Shown here: positions 1 through 8,615 of the stretch, in pieces
Layout: every line of letters starts with the position of its first letter
Numbering within the stretch: the first letter of the stretch is position 1
Assembly: GCA_963704705.1 (NCBI GenBank)
Contig: OY969931.1
Location: 1,342,546 to 1,374,545 of the forward strand
Reading direction: 5' to 3'
DNA length: 32,000 nt
Source: an uncultured bacterium
GTDB taxonomy: Bacteria; Patescibacteriota; Gracilibacteria; UBA1369; PNNO01
The notes under the pieces: model-generated
The model's database searches: none
Told to the model about the DNA's origin: nothing
What the model saw: the letters and a program-made list of their open reading frames with translations, nothing else
Program-made: the position numbers and the translations under genes

Positions 1-2124
1 GCAGATAAAAAAAAGACGATCGCGAACCTAAAGAAAAAAATTAAGTCAGACACTAAAATATGGATCGCAACCGATGAGGACCGCGAAGGAGAAGCCATTG
101 GCTGGCACTTGTTAAAAGCGCTAAAAGTAGATGAAAAAAAGCATGATGTAAAAAGAATTGTGTTCCATGAAATCACTAAAGAAGCGATTTTAAATTCTAT
201 AAAAGAACCGCGTGAAATTAATGCAGACCTGGTTGATGCGCAGCAGGCCCGAAGAGTTTTGGATCGTTTGGTTGGTTATGAACTTTCACCATTATTATGG
301 AAAAAAATTAGATACGGACTTTCAGCTGGCCGCGTGCAGTCAGTTGCTGTTCGTTTGATTGTTGAACGTGAACGTGAAATTCTCGCTTTCAACCCGGAAG
401 AGTTCTGGAAATTAATTGGAAATTTTATTGGAGACGAGAAAAAGGAATTCGAAGCGCAGCTATCAAAAATCAAAGGAAAAAAACAGGAAGTCACAAATAA
501 AAAAGACGCTGATAAAATTCTAAAAGATTTGGATGGTGCCGATTATAAAGTGGTAAGTGTTGAAGAAAAGAAAGCTAAAAGAAATCCTGCGCCGCCGTTT
601 ATTACGTCTACATTGCAGCAGGAAGCTTCACGCAAACTTGGATTTTCGGTTAAGAAAACAATGATGATTGCGCAGCAGTTGTATGAAGGTGTTGAAACAG
701 CTGAAGGTAATAAAGGTTTGATTACGTATATGAGAACAGACTCTTTTAATTTATCTGCTCAGGCAGTTAAACAGGCTCATAAAGTTATTGTTAATGAATT
801 TGGAAAAGAATATGTTGCTGAAAAACCCCGTATTTATAAAAAAACAAAAGGAGCACAGGAAGCTCACGAAGCGATTCGTCCTACAAATCTTGAACTTTTA
901 CCTGAAGATGTAAAAAAACATTTGAATAAAGATCAGTTCAGATTATATGAATTGATCTGGAAAAGAACTATAGCATGTCAAATGCAGACAGCGATTTTAA
1001 ATCAGGTTAAAGCCCAAATTGAAGCCAACGATTATATATTTGATGCAACGGGCCAGACTATTGATTTTGCCGGATTTATGAAAGTTTATGTGGAAGATGA
1101 AGACGAAGATGACAATCCTGACAATGAAGAAAAAGCTAAAAAGCATGAAAAATTTCTTCCTAAATTAAAAGAAGGAGAAAATCTGGATTGCAAAAAACTT
1201 GATGCAACTCAACACTTCACTCAGCCTCCGCACAGATATACCGAAGCATCGCTTGTTAAAAAACTGGAGTCTGAAGGAATCGGTCGTCCATCAACTTATG
1301 CGCCTACAATCACAACAATTCAGGCTCGCGGATATATTGAAAGAGAAGGCAAAGCCTTAAAACCAACTGATACGGGTATGGTTGTTAACGACTTTTTAGT
1401 GAAATATTTTCCTGACATTGTTGATTATAAATTCACTGCTGAAATGGAAGAAGATCTGGATATGATCGCTCATGGAAAAAAAGAGTGGGTGCCGATTATT
1501 AAAGAATTCTATGATCCATTCCATAAAAATATTAAAGAAAAAGAAAAATCTGTTAATAAAGCTGATGTTGTAAATGAAGAAACCGATGAAATTTGTGATT
1601 TATGCGGTAAGCCAATGGTAATTAAATTGGGAAGATTCGGAAAATTCTTAAGCTGTTCGAATTATCCTGAATGTAAAAACGCGAAACCAATCGAGAAAAA
1701 AGGAGAAGACGGCCAGCCCGAAAAAGATGAATTGGCCATTGATCCTGAACTTGCAAAAAAACTAAAAGATAAAAAATGTGAAAAATGCGGAAGTCCGATG
1801 GAAATAAAACGCGGTAAATACGGTCACTTCCTGGGCTGTACAAATTATCCAAAGTGCAAACATATTCAGCCGATAATAAAATTCAGCGGAGTTAAATGTC
1901 CGCGCTGTAAAAAAGGCCAGCTCGTCGAACGCCATGCGCGCAAAACAGGTAAAGCTTTTTATGGTTGTAATCAGTTTCCTAAATGTAAGTTTGCAACCTG
2001 GGATAAACCGCTTGTGGACAAATGCAAAGACTGTCAGGGAATGCTGGTTGAAAAAAAGGACGGAGAAATTGTTTGTACTGCATGTCAAAAACAAGCTAAA
2101 GAAGGAAAACCGAAAAAGAAATAG
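1..2124 (+). CDS. topA: DNA topoisomerase I (type IA); 5' end lies upstream of the window
   Basis: Frame 1 is open from nt 1 and already encodes the Toprim acidic motif (IWIATDEDREGEAIGWH, nt 58-108), so the ORF-track start at 109 is only an internal TTG. Catalytic-tyrosine motif GLITYMRTDS (Tyr codon 727-729). The C-terminus has four Cys4 topo-I-type zinc ribbons (CDLCG..CSNYPEC, CEKCG..CTNYPKC, CPRC..CNQFPKC, CKDC..CTAC). TAG stop at 2122-2124. Confidence 0.95.
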   Translation, partial: ADKKKTIANLKKKIKSDTKIWIATDEDREGEAIGWHLLKALKVDEKKHDVKRIVFHEITKEAILNSIKEPREINADLVDAQQARRVLDRLVGYELSPLLWKKIRYGLSAGRVQSVAVRLIVEREREILAFNPEEFWKLIGNFIGDEKKEFEAQLSKIKGKKQEVTNKKDADKILKDLDGADYKVVSVEEKKAKRNPAPPFITSTLQQEASRKLGFSVKKTMMIAQQLYEGVETAEGNKGLITYMRTDSFNLSAQAVKQAHKVIVNEFGKEYVAEKPRIYKKTKGAQEAHEAIRPTNLELLPEDVKKHLNKDQFRLYELIWKRTIACQMQTAILNQVKAQIEANDYIFDATGQTIDFAGFMKVYVEDEDEDDNPDNEEKAKKHEKFLPKLKEGENLDCKKLDATQHFTQPPHRYTEASLVKKLESEGIGRPSTYAPTITTIQARGYIEREGKALKPTDTGMVVNDFLVKYFPDIVDYKFTAEMEEDLDMIAHGKKEWVPIIKEFYDPFHKNIKEKEKSVNKADVVNEETDEICDLCGKPMVIKLGRFGKFLSCSNYPECKNAKPIEKKGEDGQPEKDELAIDPELAKKLKDKKCEKCGSPMEIKRGKYGHFLGCTNYPKCKHIQPIIKFSGVKCPRCKKGQLVERHARKTGKAFYGCNQFPKCKFATWDKPLVDKCKDCQGMLVEKKDGEIVCTACQKQAKEGKPKKK

Positions 2125-2152
2125 CAACTATGAAAATATATGCTGAGCCTGG

Positions 2153-2181
2153 TTGATTTTTAAGCTATTTAATGGTAAAAT
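2153..2181 (+). promoter_or_regulatory. Putative sigma70-type promoter with extended -10
   Basis: -35 TTGATT (2153-2158), 17-nt spacer ending in TGg, -10 TAAAAT (2176-2181). It lies 25 nt upstream of the ATG at 2206. Motif match only. Confidence 0.35.
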
Positions 2182-2205
2182 AAAAAGAAGAAAAAATAAA
2201 AAAAT

Positions 2206-4851
2206 ATGGCAAAAAATTTTTGTATCAAAAAATATTATCATCACAGAGCCAAGACTCAACTTAAACAGTGGCTTTTTATAGGCCTGTTTGCGATTTTATT
2301 TTTGGGAATGTTTGCGACTTGTGATGCGCTGGCTGCTTCGTACGTTGATGTTAGCGGAGCATCAAAAAATTTATGTACATTAGGAGCCGGCGTTACATGT
2401 GATGCCGGGACTTTAGATTTTAGTGCTGATCCTCCGATTGATGCAAAACCAAAAGCTCAATTATATTCAACAGGAAAACCGGAAGATTTTGAACTTCGCG
2501 GATGGCTATGGGATACAAACCTTGGGTGGATAAGTTTATACTGCCCTGAATCAGGTTTGAATTTAGGAGTTTCATGCAGACCAAGCAAATCGACCGTGAA
2601 ATATGGAGTTAAAGTAAACTTAAAAAAAGAAATTTTATATGGATGGGCATGGGGAGATAATATTGGATGGATAAGCTTCAACTGCAAAGGCGGAAGAAAT
2701 GAAACATTAGTATGCGGAACAAAAGATTATGAAAGTAATTTGGAAATTGATGTAACAAAAAATCTTGGTAACTTTAGCGGATATGCATGGGCTGACACTG
2801 TGGGCTGGTTTAATTTAAGCGGAATCAGCGGTAAGATTTTGGATATTGTTATGACTGAAAATGCAAGTGAACAAAACTGGGGAGTTTGGACCAAAGGTGA
2901 AATTGAAAATAATACTGCTGAAGGAAAATTTCAAGAAACTCAAAACAGAAAATATTTCCCTGTTGCAGACGGTAACAATGGATATGATTTATTTGTGCAC
3001 GTTGCAACAATTACCGGAACTCCTGTTGTTGATGTTCCGGGGCAGGTTTCAGTGAATATAACAACAACATGGAATGATAATGTAAGTTTGGATCAAACTG
3101 TTGCTGATACCGGTGCTCCGCCCGAAGGACGATACGCGAATGTAAATAAAGTGGGTGCGGCATGGAAACCAGGTATTCCGGGATCCGAACTTGTATATAC
3201 TCCTGATTCAACAACAGGCGGTATTACAAATTCATATCATGGCGTTGCAACTTCGGTTGCGCCAACCGATGGCGGAAACTGTTGGGATGGCGATGGTGAT
3301 GGCTCATGTTACACAGGCGATTCAAATTATTTCTATAAAAACTTTGGAACAGATATTCCGGATCAAAAACTGGAATATGAAGGTGCGACAGTTACAGTAA
3401 CTATTATTCCAACAGGTGAAGTATGGAGCACAACAATCCAACCGCTTGGATATGCGGGTGGAAAATTAATGGAATTTTTACCTTTGGTTGATATTCCGGT
3501 TTTGAATTTTATGCTTCCCGGCAATCCGCCGATAGCAGCGAATATAATCCAGGCAACAAGAAACAAAGAAGATGTGTTCCATATACAAGGTGCTGTAAAT
3601 GCAGCTTTTGGCGGCAATTATGACCTTTCTCTCGAACTTGAACAAGATAATCCTGATGTATACTTTCAATTTATAAAGGATCTAAATACAGTGCCGGTAG
3701 CTGTAAAGCCTATCAAACCATTGAGATTTAAAAATAGTGTTCCATTTGGCGACTATTATTCAATTCCATTTGTTCCGGACATTAAACTTGCAGAAGAAAT
3801 AACCGGAGCAATGCTAAGATCGACAGTAAGATTACCGGATTTTGGAGTTAAATATTTTAACAACGGACTTCCAAGAACCGACGAATCAGTAATCTTAAAT
3901 CAATCAGCTGAAATAGTTAGCGGAAGCGTATTTTCGCCAGGAGCAAAAGAAGTGAGCACAGGAGCAGAAGTTCCTTTGTTTGGAGACACTGCGGTTTATG
4001 AATTGCGCACCCAAATTTTAGAAGATGTAAGCGGAATTATCCGTGGCATTACGCCTGCTGGATTAGGCGGTGACTTTACAATCGAAAACGGTATGAGTGC
4101 TAGTGTCTTGGACGATTATGCTTTGCAGGGCGGACGCGCTTACTACTTTAAAGATCACGATGTTTATCTAGATAGTACGGATCCTTTAACTTCAGTGGTT
4201 AGCGACAGGCCAATCACTTTGATTGTCGATGGCGGAGATCTTTATATAAATACAAATATAGATACCGGAGAAGCATTCGGCTTAATCGCGTTAAAATCAC
4301 GAACTGATGACAGCGAAGCAACCGGTGGCGGCCACATTTATGTTCACAGCGATGTTACAGATATGGTTGATGTTAGCATTTTCTCAGACGGCCCAATGTT
4401 CAGATATACAGATGGAGTATGTTACTACTGGGGTGCAGATGGAAGCGGAAACGATTCTTTGCGCGCACCTAATTTTGTTAATAATGTTGGATGGTGCAGC
4501 TCAGCAGGTACATATAAAGAACCGGTTTCATCATTGCCAAACCAATTCTATTTACGCGGAAATGTTGCATCGTTAAACTGCATCGGATGTTCAGCCGGCA
4601 CAAATCCAACTCGCGGAGATGGCAAACTTTTAGGCGGACCATCAGCGGAAAATTATTCAGACGCACGTTTATATGATTTGAATTACTTTAGTTATTACCG
4701 AGAAAATGCATTATCTCCAGGTACTTTCTCAGGCGCTCAGTCTTATTCTGTTCAGGCAAATTCGACCATTTTGCCTGCAAAGAAAAACCTTCCGGTTTAC
4801 TTTGAATATTCCCCTGCCCCAAGCGACTTGCTAGGGTTTAGGGTGTTTTAG
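2206..4851 (+). CDS. Secreted/surface protein of unknown function with three ~47-aa W-x-W-x-x-N-x-G-W repeats
   Basis: 881-aa ORF with an ATG start. N-terminal hydrophobic segment LFIGLFAILFLGMFATCDALA (signal peptide or anchor). Repeats: GWLWDTNLGWISLYC (2500-2544), GWAWGDNIGWISFNC (2641-2685), GYAWADTVGWFNLSG (2779-2823). I cannot name a family for the remainder. TAG stop. Confidence 0.8.
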   Translation: MAKNFCIKKYYHHRAKTQLKQWLFIGLFAILFLGMFATCDALAASYVDVSGASKNLCTLGAGVTCDAGTLDFSADPPIDAKPKAQLYSTGKPEDFELRGWLWDTNLGWISLYCPESGLNLGVSCRPSKSTVKYGVKVNLKKEILYGWAWGDNIGWISFNCKGGRNETLVCGTKDYESNLEIDVTKNLGNFSGYAWADTVGWFNLSGISGKILDIVMTENASEQNWGVWTKGEIENNTAEGKFQETQNRKYFPVADGNNGYDLFVHVATITGTPVVDVPGQVSVNITTTWNDNVSLDQTVADTGAPPEGRYANVNKVGAAWKPGIPGSELVYTPDSTTGGITNSYHGVATSVAPTDGGNCWDGDGDGSCYTGDSNYFYKNFGTDIPDQKLEYEGATVTVTIIPTGEVWSTTIQPLGYAGGKLMEFLPLVDIPVLNFMLPGNPPIAANIIQATRNKEDVFHIQGAVNAAFGGNYDLSLELEQDNPDVYFQFIKDLNTVPVAVKPIKPLRFKNSVPFGDYYSIPFVPDIKLAEEITGAMLRSTVRLPDFGVKYFNNGLPRTDESVILNQSAEIVSGSVFSPGAKEVSTGAEVPLFGDTAVYELRTQILEDVSGIIRGITPAGLGGDFTIENGMSASVLDDYALQGGRAYYFKDHDVYLDSTDPLTSVVSDRPITLIVDGGDLYINTNIDTGEAFGLIALKSRTDDSEATGGGHIYVHSDVTDMVDVSIFSDGPMFRYTDGVCYYWGADGSGNDSLRAPNFVNNVGWCSSAGTYKEPVSSLPNQFYLRGNVASLNCIGCSAGTNPTRGDGKLLGGPSAENYSDARLYDLNYFSYYRENALSPGTFSGAQSYSVQANSTILPAKKNLPVYFEYSPAPSDLLGFRVF

Positions 4852-4857
4852 ATTTGC

Positions 4858-4927
4858 TTACTTAGTATGTGGGGGGTTACTTAGTATGTGGGGGGTTACT
4901 TAGTATGTGGGGGGTTACTTAGTATGG
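4858..4927. repeat. Tandem array, about 3.7 copies of the 19-bp unit TTACTTAGTATGTGGGGGG (REP-like)
   Basis: Perfect head-to-tail units at 4858-4876, 4877-4895 and 4896-4914, plus a partial unit at 4915-4927. The array begins 7 nt after the stop of the 881-aa gene and ends about 55 nt before the Y1 transposase start. Confidence 0.9.
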
Positions 4928-4982
4928 AAATATTTTAAAAAAATTTTAGAATTTTTTAATAATTGAGGATTATTATTGGTGC

Positions 4983-5405
4983 ATGAGAATTCCACCAATT
5001 TTAAAGAACATGGCCTATCACATTTATGATCGTGGCATTGCAAAAAGAGTAATTTTTAAAATGCCTACAGATTATTTCTTTTTTATGTTAAAAATTGAAA
5101 AATATAAATTGAAATATAATATCGATATAACCAAATATTGTTTAATGCCTAACCATTTTCATTTTCTAATAAATGCAGGGTCAAAACCAAAAAAAATCTC
5201 AACATTTATGAAGTGCATAAAAACTTCATATGCTTATTTTTTTAACAAAAAATACAAACAATCTGGGCATGTATTCCAAGGCACCTTCCATGCCAATCCA
5301 ATAGTTTCAGTTAAACAAATGCATGATACAATCGAATATATTAAAAACAACCCAGTTAAAAAAGGCTTAATTGATAAAGCTGAAGATTGGCCATACTCAG
5401 GATAA
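4983..5405 (+). CDS. Y1 (HUH) transposase, IS200-like / REP-associated tyrosine transposase (RAYT) family
   Basis: 140 aa. HUH motif in CLMPNHFHFLI, catalytic-Tyr motif TIEYIKNNPVKKGL, C-terminal EDWPYSG. This mirrors the E. coli RayT pattern as I recall it (LPEHMHCIW / YIYINPVKHG / DWPFSTF). A GAGGA lies 13 nt upstream of the ATG. TAA stop. Confidence 0.85.
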   Translation: MRIPPILKNMAYHIYDRGIAKRVIFKMPTDYFFFMLKIEKYKLKYNIDITKYCLMPNHFHFLINAGSKPKKISTFMKCIKTSYAYFFNKKYKQSGHVFQGTFHANPIVSVKQMHDTIEYIKNNPVKKGLIDKAEDWPYSG

Positions 5406-5428
5406 TTGTTTTTCTTGATAGATCATAG

Positions 5429-5459
5429 TTACTAAGTAACCTACCCCTTACTAAGTAAC
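5429..5459. repeat. REP-like pair: two direct copies of TTACTAAGTAAC separated by CTACCCC
   Basis: Copies at 5429-5440 and 5448-5459, starting 23 nt after the transposase stop. The core GTTACT-A-AGTAAC is itself a 13-nt palindrome. Its central base (A versus T) and the C-run versus G-run give it polarity. Confidence 0.75.
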
Positions 5460-5461
5460 TC

Positions 5462-5490
5462 TTGGAGATAATTTCCCTTTCTGCTATATT
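5462..5490 (+). promoter_or_regulatory. Putative promoter with extended -10 for the PMM/PGM gene
   Basis: -35 TTGGAG (5462-5467), 17-nt spacer ending in TGc, -10 TATATT (5485-5490). Motif match only, and the -35 is weak. Confidence 0.3.
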
Positions 5491-5519
5491 AAAACTCCAA
5501 AATTTAACGCATTTAATTG

Positions 5520-6935
5520 ATGAAAGTTAATCCTAATATTTTTCGTGCATATGATATTAGAGGTATTGCACAAGCTACTGATAAATATCCAGATGTTGAT
5601 CTTACTGAAGAAACAGCATATTTAATTGGAAAAGGAGCAGGAACATATATCCAAAAAATAACAAAGCCAAATGCCAATCTTGTTGTCGGCCGGGATAACC
5701 GTCTTCATTCACCAAAACTTCAACAAGCATTCATTAAAGGCTTGCTCGAAGTTGGCTGCGATGTTACAGACATCGACATTTCACCTTCTCCAATGCTCTA
5801 TTATGCGGTTTGCAAATATGAGTTTGATGGGGGCGCGAACATTACGGCTTCACACAATCCAAAAGAATACAATGGAATAAAATTGGTTAGTCGGAATGCA
5901 CATTCTGTTTGTGGCGAAGATCTCCAGAAGGTTTTGAAAATTATTGAAGATGAAGATTATGCAAAAGGCGCTGAAGGTGAATATAAAGAGTTGAAAATTT
6001 TTGATGTTTATAAAAATGATTTAGCTTCTAAAGTTAAAATCGAGAAACCCCTTAAGGTTGTTGTTGATGCGGGGAATGGTACTGCAGGTGCCTTTGCTCC
6101 CGATTTACTGCGAACTTTAGGATGCGAAGTTACTGAGCTTTACTGTGAACTTGATGGCAATTTTCCGAATCACGAAGCCAATCCTGAAGAGTATGAAAAC
6201 ATGAAGGACCTGATTGCAAAAGTTAAAGAGGAGCATGCTGATTTGGGTTTGGGTTTTGATGGCGACGGTGATCGCGTTGGTGTTGTTGATGAAACCGGCC
6301 ATCATTATTCTGCTGATTTTTTATTGATGCTGCTTGCGCGGGATTTGCTTACACGTCAGCCAGGAGCAAAAATAGTTTTTGATGTAAAAGTTACAACCTC
6401 TTTAATCGAAGATATAAAAAAGCATGGAGGAGAGCCGATAATGTGCAAAACCGGACACTCTTTTATTGAAAGCAAAATGAAAGAAATTGGCGCGCCTTTA
6501 GCAGGAGAAGTAAGCGGGCATTTATTTTTTGCAGAAAATTATTATGGTTTTGATGATGCATTTTTGGGCGCTGCAAAGTTGCTCGAAATTTTATCAAAAA
6601 GTTCTGTGCCCTTTTCACGATTATTTGACGATGTCCCAAAAACCTATGCGACACCTGAATTTAAAGCGCATACTCCGGACGATAAAAAATTTAAAATCGT
6701 GCGCGAACTCACTGATTATTTTACAAAAAATTACGATTGTATCACTTTAGACGGAGTTCGTGTAAATTTCACTGACCGTGCTTGGGGCGCTATTCGCTGC
6801 TCAAACACATCGCCAAATTTAACTTTAAGATTTGAAGCTGATAGCAAAGAGAAGCTTTGTGAAATTCAAAAAAATATGGTGGAACAATTGCGCAAATACC
6901 CTGAGGTAAGCCTTGATTGGTATAAAGAATGTTAA
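5520..6935 (+). CDS. Phosphomannomutase/phosphoglucomutase (alpha-D-phosphohexomutase, ManB/AlgC-like)
   Basis: Active-site loop ITASHNPKEYNGIKL (Ser codon 5850-5852), metal-binding GFDGDGDR, sugar-binding GEVSGH, phosphate-binding RCSNTSPNLTLRFEA. The ORF track starts at TTG 5517; the adjacent ATG at 5520 is the more likely start. TAA stop. Confidence 0.9.
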   Translation: MKVNPNIFRAYDIRGIAQATDKYPDVDLTEETAYLIGKGAGTYIQKITKPNANLVVGRDNRLHSPKLQQAFIKGLLEVGCDVTDIDISPSPMLYYAVCKYEFDGGANITASHNPKEYNGIKLVSRNAHSVCGEDLQKVLKIIEDEDYAKGAEGEYKELKIFDVYKNDLASKVKIEKPLKVVVDAGNGTAGAFAPDLLRTLGCEVTELYCELDGNFPNHEANPEEYENMKDLIAKVKEEHADLGLGFDGDGDRVGVVDETGHHYSADFLLMLLARDLLTRQPGAKIVFDVKVTTSLIEDIKKHGGEPIMCKTGHSFIESKMKEIGAPLAGEVSGHLFFAENYYGFDDAFLGAAKLLEILSKSSVPFSRLFDDVPKTYATPEFKAHTPDDKKFKIVRELTDYFTKNYDCITLDGVRVNFTDRAWGAIRCSNTSPNLTLRFEADSKEKLCEIQKNMVEQLRKYPEVSLDWYKEC

Positions 6936-6938
6936 TTC

Positions 6939-6990
6939 ATATACTAAGTAAGTACCCCCTTACTTAGTATATACCCAGCTACTAAGTAAC
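6939..6990. repeat. REP-like hairpin plus a third core copy
   Basis: Perfect 14-bp stem, ATATACTAAGTAAG (6939-6952) pairing with CTTACTTAGTATAT (6959-6972), around loop TACCCC. A further CTACTAAGTAAC at 6979-6990 sits one base before the ATG at 6992. Confidence 0.85.
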
Positions 6991-6991
6991 T

Positions 6992-8611
6992 ATGCAACTA
7001 ATTTACAAACACAAATACTGGCGTTTGCTTGAGATGGTTCCAGGGCTTCTTGCCTGGGGGGCGCTGCTTATACCTGTTGTTGTGGCGATTTATCACCCAA
7101 TTTTAATTGCTGTTTTGGCTATTGTTTATGCGTTGCTTTGGCTTTTCAGATCAATTCGATTGAGCATAAATTTGTATAGGGGTTATTGGAGAACTCAGGA
7201 TGCAATGAAGGTGAACTGGAATTTTCTTCTCGATCTGGTTGAACATCCAGGAAAAATCGACCAGGCGGTTAGTGAAACTGACCTTAGCAAGCCTCTTTTA
7301 AGGCCACAAAAAATCTTCAATCTTGAACTTAAAAATCTAAAAAACAGATTAACGTGGCTAAATCAAAATGACCAAGAGCTTAAGCCCTCACAGATTCACC
7401 ATGCGATTTTAATAGTGACTTATAAAGAGTCGTATGAGCTGGTGAGGGAATCCGTTAAGTCATATGCGGAAAGTTTTTATCCTTATAAAAAAATGGTTTT
7501 GGTACTTGGAGGAGAGGAAGGCGACAAAGAAAATTTCGCGCAAATCTCAGAAAAAATCGAGAAAGAATTCGGAGACAAATTCAGCGCAATAATTAAGACG
7601 GTACATCCAAAAGGCATGCCAGGAGAAATCCCTGGCAAAAGCGCAAATGCAACATTTGCCGGTAAGGAATTAAAGCGATATCTCGACCACCATCACATCC
7701 CTTACGAGCATGTTATTTTATCAAATTTTGATGCTGACACTGTTGCGCATCCTGCTTATTTTAGTGAGCTTACTTTTAAATATTTGGTTACTAAAAATCG
7801 AACACAAAAAGCGTATCAGCCAACACACATGTTTCATAATAATATTTGGGATGTGCCTGTGATGATTCGTATGGTTGCTCTTTCTTGCACTTTCTGGCGC
7901 ATGTCAGAGGCACTTGATAAACATAAATATAAAAGTTTTTCTTCGCGTTCAATGGGCTTTCAAACAGTTATTGATACAAATTATTGGGATCCTTCTATTA
8001 TTCCTGAGGACTCGCGTCAGTTCTGGACAGCATTTTTGAAATACAACGGAAAGCATACTGTTAGCTGGATTTATACGCCTGTTTATATGGATGCTGTTTT
8101 GTCAGATAGTTATCTTGAGACTTTTAAAAGTCAGTATGTGCAATTAAGGCGCTGGGCATGGGGTGTTATGGATTTCCCGTTCATGGCGATCAACTTGGCA
8201 AGACATCCAAAAATAAAACTCAGCGAAAAAATATATAGAATTTTTTACTTTTTAGAGAATGCGTTTTTCTGGGCAACCGGTCCTTTGATTATTATGTTCG
8301 CGGGTTGGCTTCCTTCTATGATGAACGCTGATTTCCGTAATTCGGTTCTTGCATATAATTTACCAAATATAACCAGCCAGATTTTAACTGTTGCCGGAAT
8401 AGGTATAATCATGTGCGGAATTATAAGTCTTGTGATCGTACCCCGTCAGGTAAAACGCAGTCCGTGGGTACGAATTTCTCTATTTTTCCAGTGGCTTCTG
8501 GTGCCGATAACTTCAATTTTCCTTAGTGCGATTCCTGCTCTCGACGCTCAAACCCGCCTTCTTTTCGGCAAGCACCTCGAATACAAGGTTACGAAAAAAG
8601 CGAGGAAGTAA
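6992..8611 (+). CDS. Membrane-integrated processive family-2 glycosyltransferase (cellulose/chitin-synthase-like)
   Basis: 539 aa. N- and C-terminal hydrophobic helices flank a GT-A core with LIVTYKESYE, SNFDADT (DxD-like), EDSRQFW and the processive-synthase signature QLRRWAWG (8141-8164). TAA stop. Confidence 0.85.
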   Translation: MQLIYKHKYWRLLEMVPGLLAWGALLIPVVVAIYHPILIAVLAIVYALLWLFRSIRLSINLYRGYWRTQDAMKVNWNFLLDLVEHPGKIDQAVSETDLSKPLLRPQKIFNLELKNLKNRLTWLNQNDQELKPSQIHHAILIVTYKESYELVRESVKSYAESFYPYKKMVLVLGGEEGDKENFAQISEKIEKEFGDKFSAIIKTVHPKGMPGEIPGKSANATFAGKELKRYLDHHHIPYEHVILSNFDADTVAHPAYFSELTFKYLVTKNRTQKAYQPTHMFHNNIWDVPVMIRMVALSCTFWRMSEALDKHKYKSFSSRSMGFQTVIDTNYWDPSIIPEDSRQFWTAFLKYNGKHTVSWIYTPVYMDAVLSDSYLETFKSQYVQLRRWAWGVMDFPFMAINLARHPKIKLSEKIYRIFYFLENAFFWATGPLIIMFAGWLPSMMNADFRNSVLAYNLPNITSQILTVAGIGIIMCGIISLVIVPRQVKRSPWVRISLFFQWLLVPITSIFLSAIPALDAQTRLLFGKHLEYKVTKKARK

Positions 8612-8615
8612 TTTT

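Larger units (their letters stand above)
4858..5459 (+). mobile_element. REPtron-like unit: RAYT-type transposase gene flanked by oppositely oriented REP-like repeats
   Basis: The upstream array reads core(T-centred)-TGTGGGGGG. The reverse complement of the downstream pair reads GTTACTTAGTAA-GGGGTAG-GTTACTTAGTAA, which is the same core plus G-run in inverted orientation. The enclosed ORF has HUH and catalytic-Tyr motifs. There is no tnpB and no long terminal inverted repeats. Confidence 0.5.

Noticed and set aside
1762-2127. 121-aa antisense ORF (and other short ORFs) overlapping topA
   Set aside because: It lies entirely inside the strongly supported topA frame, and its translation is F/L/T-rich low-complexity sequence typical of the antisense of a Lys-rich gene.
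4858-4927. Possible CRISPR array (short direct repeats with a palindromic core)
   Set aside because: The 19-bp units abut one another with no spacers. There are only 3.7 copies, no cas genes are present, and the same core recurs as hairpins in other intergenic gaps. It is a tandem REP-like array.
5517-5519. TTG at 5517 as the PMM/PGM start, and TTG at 109 as the topA start
   Set aside because: ATG 5520 follows immediately and is the more likely initiator. For topA the frame is open to nt 1 and encodes conserved Toprim residues upstream of 109, so the true start lies outside the window.
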